From contig JAUCBJ010005574.1 in the NCBI GenBank assembly GCA_032718475.1, forward strand, positions 1 through 64,000: a DNA stretch of 64,000 nt, in the 5' to 3' direction. This DNA is from Nemertoderma westbladi (Eukaryota; Animalia; Xenacoelomorpha). The stretch's first letter is position 1; each line of letters starts with the position of its first letter. The position numbers were made by a program, and so were the translations under genes. Below, one piece after another: positions 1-13,571 of the stretch. Below the pieces are notes generated by a model. It ran no database searches. It was given only the letters and a program-made list of their open reading frames with translations, and was not told the origin of the DNA.

Positions 1-7
1 AAATACA

Positions 8-121
8 ATGTACAATGCACACATCTCCAACCAGACACTATATAACATTAGAGGTGTCTCATTGGTTCCCCCAAGCTTGACACTAGAACAAAATCGCCTC
101 CGCTTTGCAGGACATTGCTTT
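8..121 (+). mobile_element. RTE LINE fragment (family A, near 3' end of ORF)
   Basis: Near-identical to the reverse complement of 33475-33590 and 34285-34395 (…YNAHISNQTLYNI.GVSLVPPSLTLEQNRLRFAGHCF). Confidence 0.85.
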
Positions 122-149
122 GTCCATTGACATGCCATTGACATTGTCT

Positions 150-2232
150 ATAGTATCTTGTAATGTATGTATGTGTTTCTGTTTCGTTGCATCCTTATTT
201 TATAATGTATGTGTTTCGTTGCATCTGTATCTTGTAATGTATGTGACTCGTTGCATCTGCATATCTTGTAATGTATGTGTTTCTGTTTCGTTACATATGT
301 ATCTTGTAATGTATGTGTTTCGTTGCATCTGTATCTTGTAATGTATGTGTTTCGTTGCATCTGTATCTGGTAATGTATGTGTTTCGTTGCATCTGTATCT
401 TGTAATGTATGTGTTTCGGTGCATCTGTATCTTGTAATGTATGTGTTTCGTTGCATCTGCATTTTGTAATGTATGCATATGTTTCTGTTTCGTTGCATCT
501 GTATTTTGTAATGTATGTGTTTTGTTGCATCTGTATCTTGTAATGTTTGTGTTTCGTTGTATCCGTATATCTTGTAATGTGTGTGTTTCTGTTTCGTTAC
601 ATCTGTATCTTGTAATGTATGTGTTTCGTTGCATCTGTATCTTGTAATGTATGTGTTTCGTTGCATCAGTATCTTGTAATGTTTGTGTTTCGTTGCATCT
701 GCATTTTGTAATGTATGCATATGTTTCTGTTTCGTTGCATCTGTATTTTGTAATGTATGTGTTTTGTTGCATCTGTATCTTGTAATGTTTGTGTTTCGTT
801 GTATCCGTATATCTTGTAATGTGTGTGTTTCTGTTTCGTTACATCTGTATCTTGTAATGTATGTGTTTCGTTGCATCTGTATCTTGTAATGTATGTGTTT
901 CGTTGCATCTGTATCTTGTAATGTTTGTGTTTCGTTGTATCCGTATATCTTGTAATGTATGTGTTTCTGTTTCGTTACATCTGTATCTTGTAATGTATGT
1001 GTTTCGTTGCATCTGTATCTTGTAATGTATGTGTTTCGTTGCATCTGTATCTTGTAATGTATGTGTTTCGTTGCATCTGCATCTTGTAATGTATGCATAT
1101 GCTTCTGTTTCGTTGCATCTGTATTTTGTAATGTATGTGTTTTGTTGCATCTGTATCTTGTAATGTTTGTGTTTCGTTGTATCCGTATATCTTGTAATGT
1201 ATGTGTTTCTGTTTCGTTACATCTGTATCTTGTAATGTATGTGTTTCGTTGCATCTGTATCCTGTAATGTATGTGTTTCGTTGCATCTGTATCTTGTAAT
1301 GTATGTGTTTCGTTGCATCTGCATCTTGTAATGTATGCATATGTTTCTGTTTCGTTGCATCTGTATCTTGTAATGTATGTGTTTCGTTACATCTGTTTCT
1401 CGTAATGTATGTGTTTCGTTGCATCTGTATCTTGTAATGTATGTGTTTCGTTACATCTGTTTCTCGTAATGTATGTGTTTCGTTGCATCTGTATCTTGTA
1501 ATGTATGTGTTTCGTTGCATCTGTATATCTTGTAATGTATGTGTTTCTGTTTCGTTACATCTGTATCTTGTAATGTATGTGTTTCGTTGCATCTGTATCT
1601 TGTAATGTATGTGTTTCGTTGCATCTGTATCTTGTAATGTATGTGTTTCGTTGCATCTGTATCTTGTAATGTATGTGTTTCGTTGCATCTGTATCTTGTA
1701 ATGTATGTGTTTCGTTGCATCTGTATCTTGTAATGTATGTGTTTCGTTGCATCTGTATCTTGTAATGTATGTGTTTCTTTGCATCTGTATCTTGTAATGT
1801 ATGTGTTTCGTTGCATCTGTATATCTTGTAATGTATGTGTTTCTGTTTCTTTGCATCTGTATTTTGTAATGTATGTATTTCGTTGCATCTGTATCTTGTA
1901 ATGTATGTGCGTTTCGTTGCATCTGTATCTTGTAATGTATGTGTTTCGTTGCATCTGTATCTTGTAATGTATGTGTTTCTTTGCATCTGTATCTTGTAAT
2001 GTATGTGTTTCGTTGCATCTGTATATCTTGTAATGTATGTGTTTCTGTTTCTTTGCATCTGTATTTTGTAATGTATGTATTTCGTTGCATCTGTATCTTG
2101 TAATGTATGTGCGTTTCGTTGCATCTGTATCTTGTAATGTATGTGTTTCGTTGCATCTGTATTTTGTAATGTATGTGTTTCGTTGCATCTGTATCTTGTA
2201 ATGTATGTGTTTCTTTGCATCTGTATCTTGTA
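150..2232. repeat. 32-bp tandem satellite with variant monomers and higher-order repeats
   Basis: Unit TGTAATGTATGTGTTTCGTTGCATCTGTATCT, with +TTTCTG and +AT variants. A 242-bp higher-order period is shown by the identical ORFs at 441 and 683. Confidence 0.97.
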
Positions 2233-4312
2233 TTATTATTATTATTATTATTATTAGTCAACACTCCTTTATTACATCATATTATAACTATTTGTTGCAC
2301 GTGAAGTAAGATAAAACATAATTAGTGGAGGGAGAAAAACCACCCAGGCGTATTAGCGCTTACGGGGGTTAATAAAAAACAAAATTTAAAATCACTAAAC
2401 ATTAAAATTTACATCAGCTTAAAAAAAAAATTAAAAAGAAATACGAATAAAATGAACTGTACATACCGTAGAACCCAGAAAACGTTTATTACGAGCGACC
2501 GATTAGTGGTCGATTAAATTTGCAAATTGGTAGGAAATCGTGGTTCTTGAGCTTGGTCGCAAAACTGACAAGTGTTCTGGAATCTACCATATCTTCTGGC
2601 AAATCATTCCAGACTGGCACAACACGGCTGGTAAATGAGTTTTTAGAATTAATCTACATCTAGGTACATTTAACTTGTGAGAGTGGCCACGCAGACCCGG
2701 ACGGTTAGTATAGCTAAATAGCGCACCAAAATCTAAATCAACTAAATTTCTCTCTATACTGAAAAGTAACTTTAGATCAAAAATATATCGTCGGACTTCC
2801 AGCGGTTGTAAATTAAGGTGTTGTATTCTATGTATGTACGGTTTGTAACTAATATTGCAACGGCTATACAATCTACGTGTAAAATATCGCTGGACACTCT
2901 CCACAAGATCAATACTGCCTAATGAAAAAGGCGACCATACTGGTGTACGGTATTCTAGAATCGGTCTAACGTATGATTTATAGGCTGTTAATATTGCACC
3001 TTTATTGCTAGTCTTAAAGCAACGAAATATCATATTAGTTATGTTAAAAGCCTTTGTACACTGTTGTTTACAGTATTAATCAAACTTCAAATCCGCAGAT
3101 ATAATAATACCTAAATCTTTACATTTCGTCACCTTCTTTATCACTTTATTGCCTAGCACATAATTGTAATTATTATTATTTGCACCTATATGTAGAACCA
3201 TACATTTATCCGGGGCTATATTTAGCTGCCAAAGGTTGGCCCAGGTTTCTAACCTAGAGAGGCTAGCGTTCAGACTATGACTTTCATTGGACGGACCATA
3301 TAGCTTGACATCATCGGCCAATAAACGGCAGGACACGTTATCCCTGTCCGTAAGTCGTTTATGTATATCAGGAACAAAACCGGTCCGAGGACACTGCCCT
3401 GTATTGTTCCGGATACGACCCGACAGTAGTCGGAATATTTATCTCCAACAACTATTATTTGGGTTCTGTTACTGAGAAATGCCGATAGCCAAGATAATAG
3501 GTCGCCCGAAATCCCATAACTAGACAATTTAATCAATAGCTTTGAATGTATAATAGAATCAAAAGCCTTGGCATAGTCTATGTATATCACATCAAAGGAT
3601 TTCTTACGGTCTAGAAAATTGCACCAATCTTTTACACATTCAATAAGTTGAGAACAAGTAGAGCGTTTTTTTAAAAAGCCGTGTTGTGCCTTACATATTA
3701 AACCATGTTTAAACAAATAATTTACTATTTCAATCTTTATACACGATTCCATTAATTTGCACGCTACACATGTTAATGAGACTGGCCTGTAATTGTACGG
3801 GTCTGACGGATTTCCCTTTTTGTATATCGGAATGACATTGGCTGTAAGCCATATCGTCGGTAACGCGTGATATTCAAAAGAAATTTTGAAAAGTGCCGAT
3901 AATGGTGCCGCAATGCAGCGAGACAAATTTGCGAAGAGAATTTTCGGTAATCCGTCAGGTGTACGGCTGGTCTTTTTTTTAAGTTTCCTAAGCATAGCAT
4001 ATACTGTAACGGGACAGAAATCAACTTTTGATAAATTGGTTCTAGAATCAATCCTACGTTTAAAACTAGGTATATTATCATTATCTAAATTAAAATTTTC
4101 GCTTAATACTTCAGCGAAAATACGGGCTTTTATCAAATCATCTACCACTATATCCCCCTTATGTTTCAGAGGGGCAATTCCCGACTTTCCTTTACGCTTG
4201 GAATTAACGTAATTGAAAAGGGTACTCTTATTTTCGGAAGATAAAATTTTATTCTCCTTTATGCAAGCCGCACGGAAGATTTCCTTAGAAACTTCTTTAG
4301 CACATTGATCAT
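2232..4312 (-). mobile_element. 5'-truncated CR1-group LINE (RT pseudogene) inserted into the satellite
   Basis: RT motifs YRPVSLTCVACKLME, QHGFLKKRST, YIDYAKAFD, GTIQGSVLGPVLF, LADDVKLY and KDLGI lie across frameshifted ORFs 3270-4312, 3076-3336 and 2584-3033. An (AAT)n tail is at 2232-2257. Confidence 0.93.
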
Positions 4313-4635
4313 ATGTAATGTATGTGTTTCGTTGCATCTGTATCTTGTAATGTATGTGTTTCGTTGCATCTGTATCTTGTAATGTATGTGTTTCGTTGCA
4401 TCTGTATCTTGTAATGTATGTGTTTCGTTGCATCTGTATCTTGTAATGTATGTGTTTCGTTGCATCTGTATCTTGTAATGTATGTGTTTCGTTGCATCTG
4501 TATCTTGTAATGTATGTGTTTCGTTGCATCTGTATCTTGTAATGTATGTGTTTCGTTGCATCTGTATCTTGTAATGTATGTGTTTCGTTGCATCTGTATC
4601 TTGTAATGTATGTGTTTCGTTGCATCTGCATCTTG
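4313..4635. repeat. 32-bp satellite, about 10 homogeneous copies (continuation of 150-2232)
   Basis: Same 32-bp unit as 150-2232, almost invariant. Confidence 0.97.
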
Positions 4636-5040
4636 AATTTGCATTAATATTATCAGTAAATATTGCACGGTGACTTGCAGTCCTATTCATAACGAAAAAT
4701 TTCGTCTTTACTTCATTTACAACTATACCCGATTTACTGCAGAAACTCATTATTGTTTTAAACTTACTGATGCACAGTTCCCTGCTTGTAGCTAGTAAAA
4801 CATTATCATCCATTAATAATAACAAATTTAATGCACCTATAAAAAACCATCGTTTTTAAAGCGTTTTCTGAACATTTTAACCATTTCATCTAAAAATATG
4901 CAAAATAAAATTACACTGCATGGTGCACCCTGTCTAACACCTATATTAGATTAAAATACAATTGTCGCTTTCAAGACGTTTACACGAAGTTTAAACGAAA
5001 CATATAGCTGAGTAGATGACATTTTAGACCATGGAACACG
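4636..5040 (-). pseudogene. Degenerate LINE RT remnant
   Basis: GVRQGAPCSVILF near 4905-4945 and LLLMDDNVLLATSRE...VNEVKTKFFV in ORF 4259-4825. Confidence 0.7.
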
Positions 5041-5219
5041 TATGGTGTAAATAATACCTCAATAACTGTCAAATTTGCTCAATGGTCTTTATCACACGAA
5101 CTTGGTTAAATCAGAAATGAGGCCGGGGTCTCTAACAATGCAAGAAACTCTAACCGTATCTTTTATTAAGCTGACATATAGCGTGTTAGGTCTGAATTTT
5201 AAACAAAAACACAAGCGAA

Positions 5220-5820
5220 TCTTGGAATATTTTAACATCAATTAAATATTTTTTATTAATATCTGTTTGTTTTATATTGTACCGTCATTTTTAACTTGAA
5301 TTTGAACTTTTATTCTATTGATAAATAAATGCCAGTGTAACTGGTTTGCGCTCTTGTGTAAGTAAAAAAAAAAATAATGGCCCAAGTAGCGAAACCAACT
5401 TAATCCATTCCCAGTTACACCAACTTTATGCTACAGAAAATGTAATAGAATGGTCAATAGCATCAAAGGCAGAACTTAGGTCGAGCATAATGAAGAAAAA
5501 CATGCAGGAGCCATTATCGATGCGGTTGAGAACATAGTTAATTATACACTCAGAGCGCTGCTTCGACACTATGAGAACACCGGCGCTCTGAAATAGTTCA
5601 TATAAAGAATGCAAGTTTAAAATGGTTTATTAATTGCTGTCTACAACTGTGTAGCGACATTTTCAGTTATCTTAGCAAGAAATTTCAAGTTTGATACCGG
5701 GCGAAAGTTATTTAATATGCCAGGGTTAAGACACCTTTTCGTTGTCAATGGACTCAATACATTCTCTTTAAAGAGTTGTGGGACTTGCCGAATCGACAAT
5801 AACAGATTGATAATGCAAAT
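5220..5820 (-). pseudogene. Degenerate L2-like LINE RT remnant
   Basis: NFRPVSNLKFLAKITE near 5660-5710 and FFIMLDLSSAFDAIDH near 5450-5500. Confidence 0.75.
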
Positions 5821-6504
5821 AGCATCTGATTATTCCAAAAATATATCGATAACATGATCTATTGACTTTAGTTTATTATTTTGGTTAGAATAACGTGCCA
5901 CTGTAACCTGCTCCTTTCCCTTAATTGATGATTTGACACACGATATATTAATTCGCCGAGATGGGATTTGCGTCCCAGTATCTCACATTGCCGCATTCAG
6001 ATACGGTTTTTAATGAGGGGCAAAAGGAAAAATTTTGTTTTTTGAGCTTCATTTTAATTTTTGGAGCATGTCATTACAGTTATAGGATCCATAATTTAAT
6101 TATAATTGATGTAGCTTGTCAGCATTTACTCTGGTAATTAAAAATAAATAAATTCGAGCCCAGCGAGAACACCATTTTTCGAATTCTACCCTTAAATGAA
6201 TGTTTGTAAATAATGAGCGAGAGTATGTGAGCGAAGCGAGCAGAACTTTTTAATAATTATTATTTTATACAATTCTATTTACAACAATAAAAATATATCA
6301 TAGCGATTGGATGTTAGTTGAGGTTGAAAGGGTCATTCAGGGGTAATTTTAACTTAGAGCTGTTTTCGTGTCATCTTGTTCCATTTCCCTACACGCTGTC
6401 CTGTTATTGACACCTAAATCTACACATTAAGATACATTGAGAACAATTAAACAAAAAGTAACTGACTATCAGAATAAGACTGCGTTTCAATATGTTGCAA
6501 ATAT

Positions 6505-7670
6505 GGATCTAGGACACTTCCCCCCCGGACACTTCCCCCCCGGACACTTCCCCCCCGGACACTTCCCCCCCGCCCAAGTAGGACACTTCCCCCCCGGACA
6601 CTTGCCCCCCGGACACTTCCCCCCCAGTTAAAGTGTTAAAATTAATCTGGGTGCATCAAAGCAATAAACAACAGTTAAATATGGTTACAGGACAAGTTGT
6701 ATCTAGACAAGTTTTTTCAAAATAAACATTTTTATAGTAAAATTTTGTTTGTTTTTCTTTTAATTCCTTTAATTTATTTTAATTGGGGGCTGCCGCCCCC
6801 AAACCCCCGCTTCTTTTCTTGGGGGCTGCCTCCCCCAAACCCCCGCTTCTTTTCTTGGGGGTTATCGCCCCCAGACCCCGGCATTTCCCTGAGTGCCCGT
6901 GGTGAATGACTTAAGACCACTTTGAAATAATTAATTCATGTTTGTATCATCAGATAATAAATTGACTAAGCCTAAAGTAGGAGCTGTATTGAATGTTAAC
7001 CAATTTAATATATAAATTACTACAATATTATATAATTCAACAAAATCCTATTAAAAATATTGCAAGTAACCAGGAAATTTAATATGTAGTGTGTATAATA
7101 TCTATATAGTATGTATTGTAGTAATATATATATCAATATGTAATGCTGAACACAGAATACAGGTCGACGCATGTCGATTTTACCCTGGAGAGGTATAATT
7201 TTGATTGCAACAATAATATTCATCCCCATCTGCTACAATTTGAAGAAGACTATTACATAATAATACCTATAATTAAAACAATTAATTATTATAATTCTAT
7301 AGTTAATACAAACAGTATATCATTCCGGAGATGGAATTTATAGGTCATCTAATATAATTAATTGTTTAAAGATTAGCAAACAATACGATGTAATTGCATT
7401 GATAAAACCCATAAATAAAACTTGGATATAAAATGTAAAATCGGGATGCAAAAGATCACTTTCTGAGCTACGAAAGGAAAATTGGATACAACTTATCTGG
7501 ATACAAGCGGTCCGTTTACCTTACAAAATGAAAAATACGAATGTGCGAAGTTAAGAACAGTCGGGGGGGAAGTGTCCGCGGGGGGGAAGTGTCTGGGGGG
7601 GAAGTGTCCGGGGGGGAAGTGTCCTACTTGAGCGGGGGGGAACTGTCCGGGGGGGAAGTGTCCGAACACC
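6505..7670. mobile_element. Non-autonomous foldback DNA transposon with repetitive TIRs and 8-bp TSD
   Basis: TSD GCAAATAT at 6497-6504 and 7671-7678. Termini GG...CC. The inverted ends are built of 15-bp GGACACTTCCCCCCC units (6512-6626 vs 7562-7664). Confidence 0.9.
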
Positions 7671-10600
7671 GCAAATATAACTTGCCGCTTTTTACCGGTT
7701 AAACACAGAATGCATTACTTATACCTCAGCGTGCGTCTGCCAAGTATAGAAATAAGGACATAAATATCATACTAATATTGGTAATATATATTTACCATTT
7801 ACAGCCGTTAAATATACTCTGTAGCTCAGCATTTAATTTATTTTATATCACTACGTATTTCACGGCGACTAGAAAATTATAATAATAATATGCATTTAAT
7901 TATGGATTATTAAAAACTCGGAGACCGACAGAAACCCAGAATTTCCCGCTGATAATTGGCAAGGAATGTGAAATGATTATGAGAATAGCTGCCCTGGGGT
8001 GGATGGATATCAATCGGTGGGTTGTCACTTACTGTACAGACTAATGAGCCGTGGCCTAGTCTCCAACTCCGGGCCCGAAGGCTATTACAAGAAACAGACT
8101 TCTTATAGGCAAACTGTCTGGCTTAACGTTACAACAATGCCACGTCATTACCCCTGCAGTCTGCCCAGCCCATACTGAACTCACACAGATAGACTTCCAC
8201 AGCCGAACCACCAGACCTATTACTGCTCACTCTTGTCAAAATTCGAGAAATATCACCGCGGGCGTCCAATTTCCTGTCAATCACATACTGGTAATTTGTT
8301 TAACAACCACGTCTGGTGTTATTAGACCAGGCGGGAAGGTTGCCCGGGTTAACACTATCAGAGCTGCTTGTCGACAAAGTTAGGCAACTGCTTGTATTAG
8401 GTCGACTGGCGTATCTGTTACACCAGACCAGCCTCTACCTATGTGGGCCAGATATGATCCTTAATTTTAGCAGACTGGTTCCCATGCATGGATCAATGTC
8501 CTTGATATTAAGCTTCTTGAGTTGGGAGGCAGCACGTTGTGGCAGCCATCTAATCTATATTATTGACGCAATGCGTTTTTGATTATTATGTAGAATTGGA
8601 AAAATCACTTAGACATAGACATATATATGTATCTCTAGGAACCCAATGACAGTCTTATCTCTTAGACTAGTCCAGAAAAATATGCCTGTAGAGATACGAG
8701 CTATAATGTTTGCCTTCACGCAGTTAGCGTAAGAATGCGTAGACTGCAGTAAGTTGGGGCTATTTTTTATCACTATAATCTTTAAACACGACATATTGCG
8801 AATAAACTGAAGGCAAAATACTGTGTATTTCAATCTGACAGATAATATATATGAGCTTATACAATACACATAAAAACAAAAACATATTACCATTAATATC
8901 ATATGAAATAGAGTGAAATGAAATGTTAACATTATTTCTTCTTATGTCAAAATATATATTCGTCAACTCATCCGACCTCACTTTACAATATCTATAATAT
9001 AATAAGTAATAGAACTCACTCTTATTCGATTTTGACTTTTAATAAGATGAGGGATCGCTTTATAATTCATATCTTTTGTGTAACTGACACAAACTTTAAT
9101 GAAGTAAAGGGCGCCTAAGATGTTACAGCCCCTCCTATCCGTCTAATCCCGTATCTCTAAGCGATTGTGACCGTTTTTTTTATCAAAATTTCACGATGAG
9201 ATGCATAGGGGTAAATGAAGGCAGTTTCCTGTACAACATCTAGTGATGTAGCGATAATGAATGCGTTTCTCCTGACTTACTCTTTGTGTTCTGAGATATT
9301 AATAGAATAATACATTCTGTATTCAATAGGTAGGAATTGAAAAGAAAGGATGATAATTTCCGGCGCTGGTTTTGTTAAAGGTTTGTTAGTTACCGAGAAT
9401 TCTTGATTTCAATGGGTGACACATGACAAGACATCCAATGATTCTGTGACATTCAGTATATTACAGATTAACTAACTAACCTGCAACATACTCTCCAATT
9501 CTCCTAACCTACATTGTTATTATGCATATTATTTTTTTACAAGAGCTCTGAGTGGGGTAGCTTATTTTTTACTGGTGTTTTCAAAACGTTTCTTGTCAAC
9601 CCACCGGTACCATAGTTATCTGAAATCAATAGATGAGGAAAAAATGTTAAAAATAGAAATAAAATATTTTAACATTTCATTATTCCGTATATTTGGTGTC
9701 ACGAAATCACGAAATCGTATATTTACTCAAATTTCAATTTGGCAATTGGTAACTCTTCTTTGTGTTATCGAGTCCTCGCATCACGCAATTAAATTGTAAA
9801 AAAAAAATATTGTTTGATATACTGTGCGAGATCAGAAAGACAGCTGCTAACAGAATGTGTACATTTTTACAGTGGCGTACCCCATCGAAGGGAGGGGGCA
9901 GGGGGCAACCCCCCCCCCCCCCCCCCCCCCCTGTAACATGAGAGGGGCACAAAAACCGGGAAATATTATGATATTATGATTGTATTATGACAATATTATG
10001 ATTACCCCGGTGACCTGGGCACGGAACTACCTTATTAAAACCGGGAAATGGGGGCGGAAAATCCTATAGAATAAGTAATAGTAACATATGGATTTTTCAC
10101 TATGGTCTGGTGCATTTGCTGCAGCAGCAAAGTTACTCAATATAATATGTGACCTTATATATATGACCATTTTATAGGTCATATACTTTTGTTTAAAAAT
10201 AGTAATTTTATTTTCCTATTTAATATATAATAGTGTCTTATTAAATTGTACAACAATGGATTAGTAATTTGTTATATATATGGGGGGGACTTTATTCACA
10301 CCTTTGCCCCCTCTGAGAAACCTCGGTAAACCTAAATATTGAAACCCACTGGGATGCATTTTTCTTCCATAAAGTAAAGCGTTATTTAATTTGGAATATA
10401 AACGTTCCCAGCCACCCGTTATTTCTCGCAACTGTTTAAAAAGTTTTTCATTAAAATAAAATCATATAATTTTGAAATTAAAAATCTCTTAATTCCCGTT
10501 TTTAAATCTCTGGAAGATCTTGATGGTGGTGTGTATGTCTGTCGGTTTGTCCGTATGAATATAGTGGGTTGAAATGTAACACCGACAACCGACAGCCGAC

Positions 10601-11219
10601 AAACACTAAACAAACAAACACTAAACTTACCGATAACGAAAAATAAGAAACTGTGACATGTGCTCTTGACTCTCTTTGATTGTTGTCCACAATCAACGAT
10701 CCGCATTTAACCTATTCCTTTCCATCAATTAAAAATTATCAATTATTAGCTTTAATAATCGACAACATAATAGTCACTTTAACAGTCGACTTCATAAGGT
10801 TATCGGTTTTCAGCGTAGTGTTTACACAACTAAGTACTTTGCAACATTTCTGGAATCCTTTGGTTTAATTTAATCGATTAATGCACATAAATGTACCAAT
10901 CTCATGACAAAATATACATCTACTAATTAGGTAACTAAATTACTAAACGCATATAACTGAAAAATGTATATATATTCAAGATATACAGTATAAATAAGTC
11001 AAATAACGGTGTAGCACCCATCACGTTAGCTTTAGGAATACCCCCCGCGCTCGCACACAAAATATAATTGTGTCAAGAAAAACCCGGGCTACAAAAACAG
11101 AAACTGTTTACAGATGTGGGTGTAGACGACATAAGACCATAACCATTATTGTAGAAGTAATGCCAAATCGGGCCCTAAGTGGGTTAATTAAACTAATTTT
11201 AATAGAATTGATTTCCTTT

Positions 11220-12450
11220 CAACATAAAAATAAGTAAATCAGGTCGACGTACTTTAGAAATAATTCCGCCGATGTGACAGCAGATCAATGCGAAGTCCTC
11301 TCGTCGGACAGCATCAATACCACTGTTGTTGGTGCTCCGCTAGTCGCGGTTTGGCCCGCAGCCCCTATTCTGCTGTCCAGATAATCAAGTAATTGCCGCG
11401 AACTATCGCTATTGGGCTGATTGCTAACCCCGGCGCCCAGTTACTGATCGGGCAACGATAACCTACTCACACCATCTATTGCCGCTATTACCCGGAGTAT
11501 TTGCCGGAACAAAGAACCCACACGTCAATCACACGGTGACGGGGCCCTGCCATTTCCAATTTTGTAGCCTATCTACTCAAGCAAACAACCACGACACACC
11601 GAAGCGGCTTCAATTGTGCCAGGGTGGAGGGAGGATCAAGGAAGAGTTTCCGATGGTTAGTTCGAGGATTTTATCTAATTAATTGTAAGTAGCTAACCGG
11701 ACTGTTAATATAAACCCGCGTAAATTTAAGCGGATAAACAGCGGTAGTTTTCACTGCCCCTACGGCTCTAGTCGCCGCAGCGATATTAGTTTTCAAACGC
11801 CGCCAGATTAACAATTCTTGGAGGTATGGATCTGTTTGTCGAGAGTTCCTGATCCCTTACCCGGGGCATCGGACCGTTTGTCTCCCTTATTGAACTAAAA
11901 AAGGAAATTAAAGCTAAGAAAGCCGGGACTCTTGATCAATAAGATTTAATGAGCTAAACTGATTGACATGTGGTATTCACTGCAAGGGGATAAGAAGGAT
12001 TTATCGCGCGCCTTCTCAATCCAATGCGCGATCCCCCGTCATGACGGGAAAGATTTCCTACCTGGCAGCCCCCCACCATCATACCCATTTCGGTCACGGC
12101 TTCTCCGGCTTCTACTCGGGCTGTATATATAGCCTGACCAGTTTCTCCATCCCCTCAGATGCCATCAATCCTAACAGCTTGACCTAGGATTGCCCGTCAT
12201 AATACAGTAATAGCTCTGCATGAGAATGCTGCAACCAAATGCAAAGAGATTACGCTTAAGTTCCCCCTGATCTATTTGCAAAAGTGCGCTATCCTGGAGG
12301 CTTAGTTCACCTGACACACTGACTATACTTCCTAGGGCCTCGGACACTTTTAGATTTCTTCCCCGGGCAGCATCAATCAGCTAATGACCATCTTTGAGTA
12401 GATAAGGTTTTGGGGAAGTTTTCTTTGTAAATCTGTTTCTTGTAAGACTG
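11220..12450 (+). mobile_element. Possible highly decayed DIRS/Ngaro-like (tyrosine-recombinase) retroelement remnant
   Basis: GC-richer island with weak motif echoes: VLSSDSINTTVV and F/LAGTKN (RNase H-like), and HFGHGF...SIPSDAI (YR HxxR-box-like). No intact ORF. Confidence 0.25.
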
Positions 12451-13571
12451 GGATGGAAATACATATTTACTTTACATAGTAAACCATAGCACTAAGTGCA
12501 ATGGTTGAAAGTATGAAATGTTTGTTATTTGTTTGGTGTGAGGAGTCATGTTCCATTTATTACCCCTTGTTCTTAATACCGGTGAGGCATGTCTTGTCTG
12601 TGTTGAGTTGAAACACGTCGCGTGATCAAATCTTAATATTATAAATCACGTTATAAATCGAGCATTAAGCATTTAAGTATCGTCATTTTGATCGATCTTC
12701 ATAATTATTTCAGATTCTGGAATTTAGGTGGGAGACTGTTCATTGTTTGTTTGGATGGCTGAATGAATTGATGAGTGCATGGATCATACTGACAAACCAA
12801 TTGCTGTGCCCAATATCTTTCTCCACGAGTAGGCACTAAATATTTACTGCATTGGGTTATTCCATACACTAAACGTAGTTTTTCATAAATTATTTTAGTT
12901 TAGCGATATATTATATATATAACTTAGATTAATGTGTATATTATCGTGTTGCAGCATAGGTTGTATAATTTATAAAACCATCAAATAGTAATTATTAATA
13001 TTTATTGGTTTATTTTAAGAATTTCATAGGCCTAGAAATTTCAAATGTTTTAAGTTTCGTAAAAATTCACGGCAGAAGTTCACAACAAAATATGTAACTT
13101 GCCGTCAATTTTCATGGCAGAGAAGTCATGGCAATTACTGACCATATGGGATGTTAAAGGGACTAATGAAATTTTAGACCCAGTAGTCCTCTTTGGCAGA
13201 TTACAGGAGTGGCGGCCCAAACCATGGCAATGATTCCGCTAAGCTTCTTAGATTATCACATCTATAACCAACAAACCAAACCTCACGTACTTACCCATTT
13301 GTTGTACTGCCTATCAGAATTTACTGTTGCTGGAGCCATACTATATTTATAGGAGTGATGTAAAGTCCCATTCGGAATCAAAAACTCCCTCCATACCATC
13401 TAAATTCATCCGTATTTTTTGTTGTTTTTGTTGCAAAACGATGGCCGCTGTATAGGCCACCGCACCGAAAATCAAATCAAATACGGGTATTATAAAAAAA
13501 TAATTAATACAGTAATGCAGAATAAAGACCTCATATATAAGCCAACATAAATCCGGCATAATTATAGGTTT

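Noticed and set aside
105-2264. Long ORFs (up to 429 aa) over the 32-bp satellite
   Set aside because: Open frames result from the stop-free minus strand of the repeat. The same peptides cycle through all three frames.
6437-6909. GHFPP and WGLPPPNPR repeat ORFs as proteins
   Set aside because: They are translations of transposon TIR and internal repeats.
9880-10350. hAT-like MITE starting CAGTGGCGTA
   Set aside because: No matching right TIR or TSD could be identified.
12580-12625. Penelope/hammerhead-ribozyme-like GGTGAGG...GAAACACGTCG
   Set aside because: The CTGANGA core is not intact and I could not form the required stems.
13347-13420. MNLDGMEGVFDSEWD resembling the eIF4A N-terminus
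   Set aside because: Very short, stops immediately, and no helicase exons are recognisable nearby.
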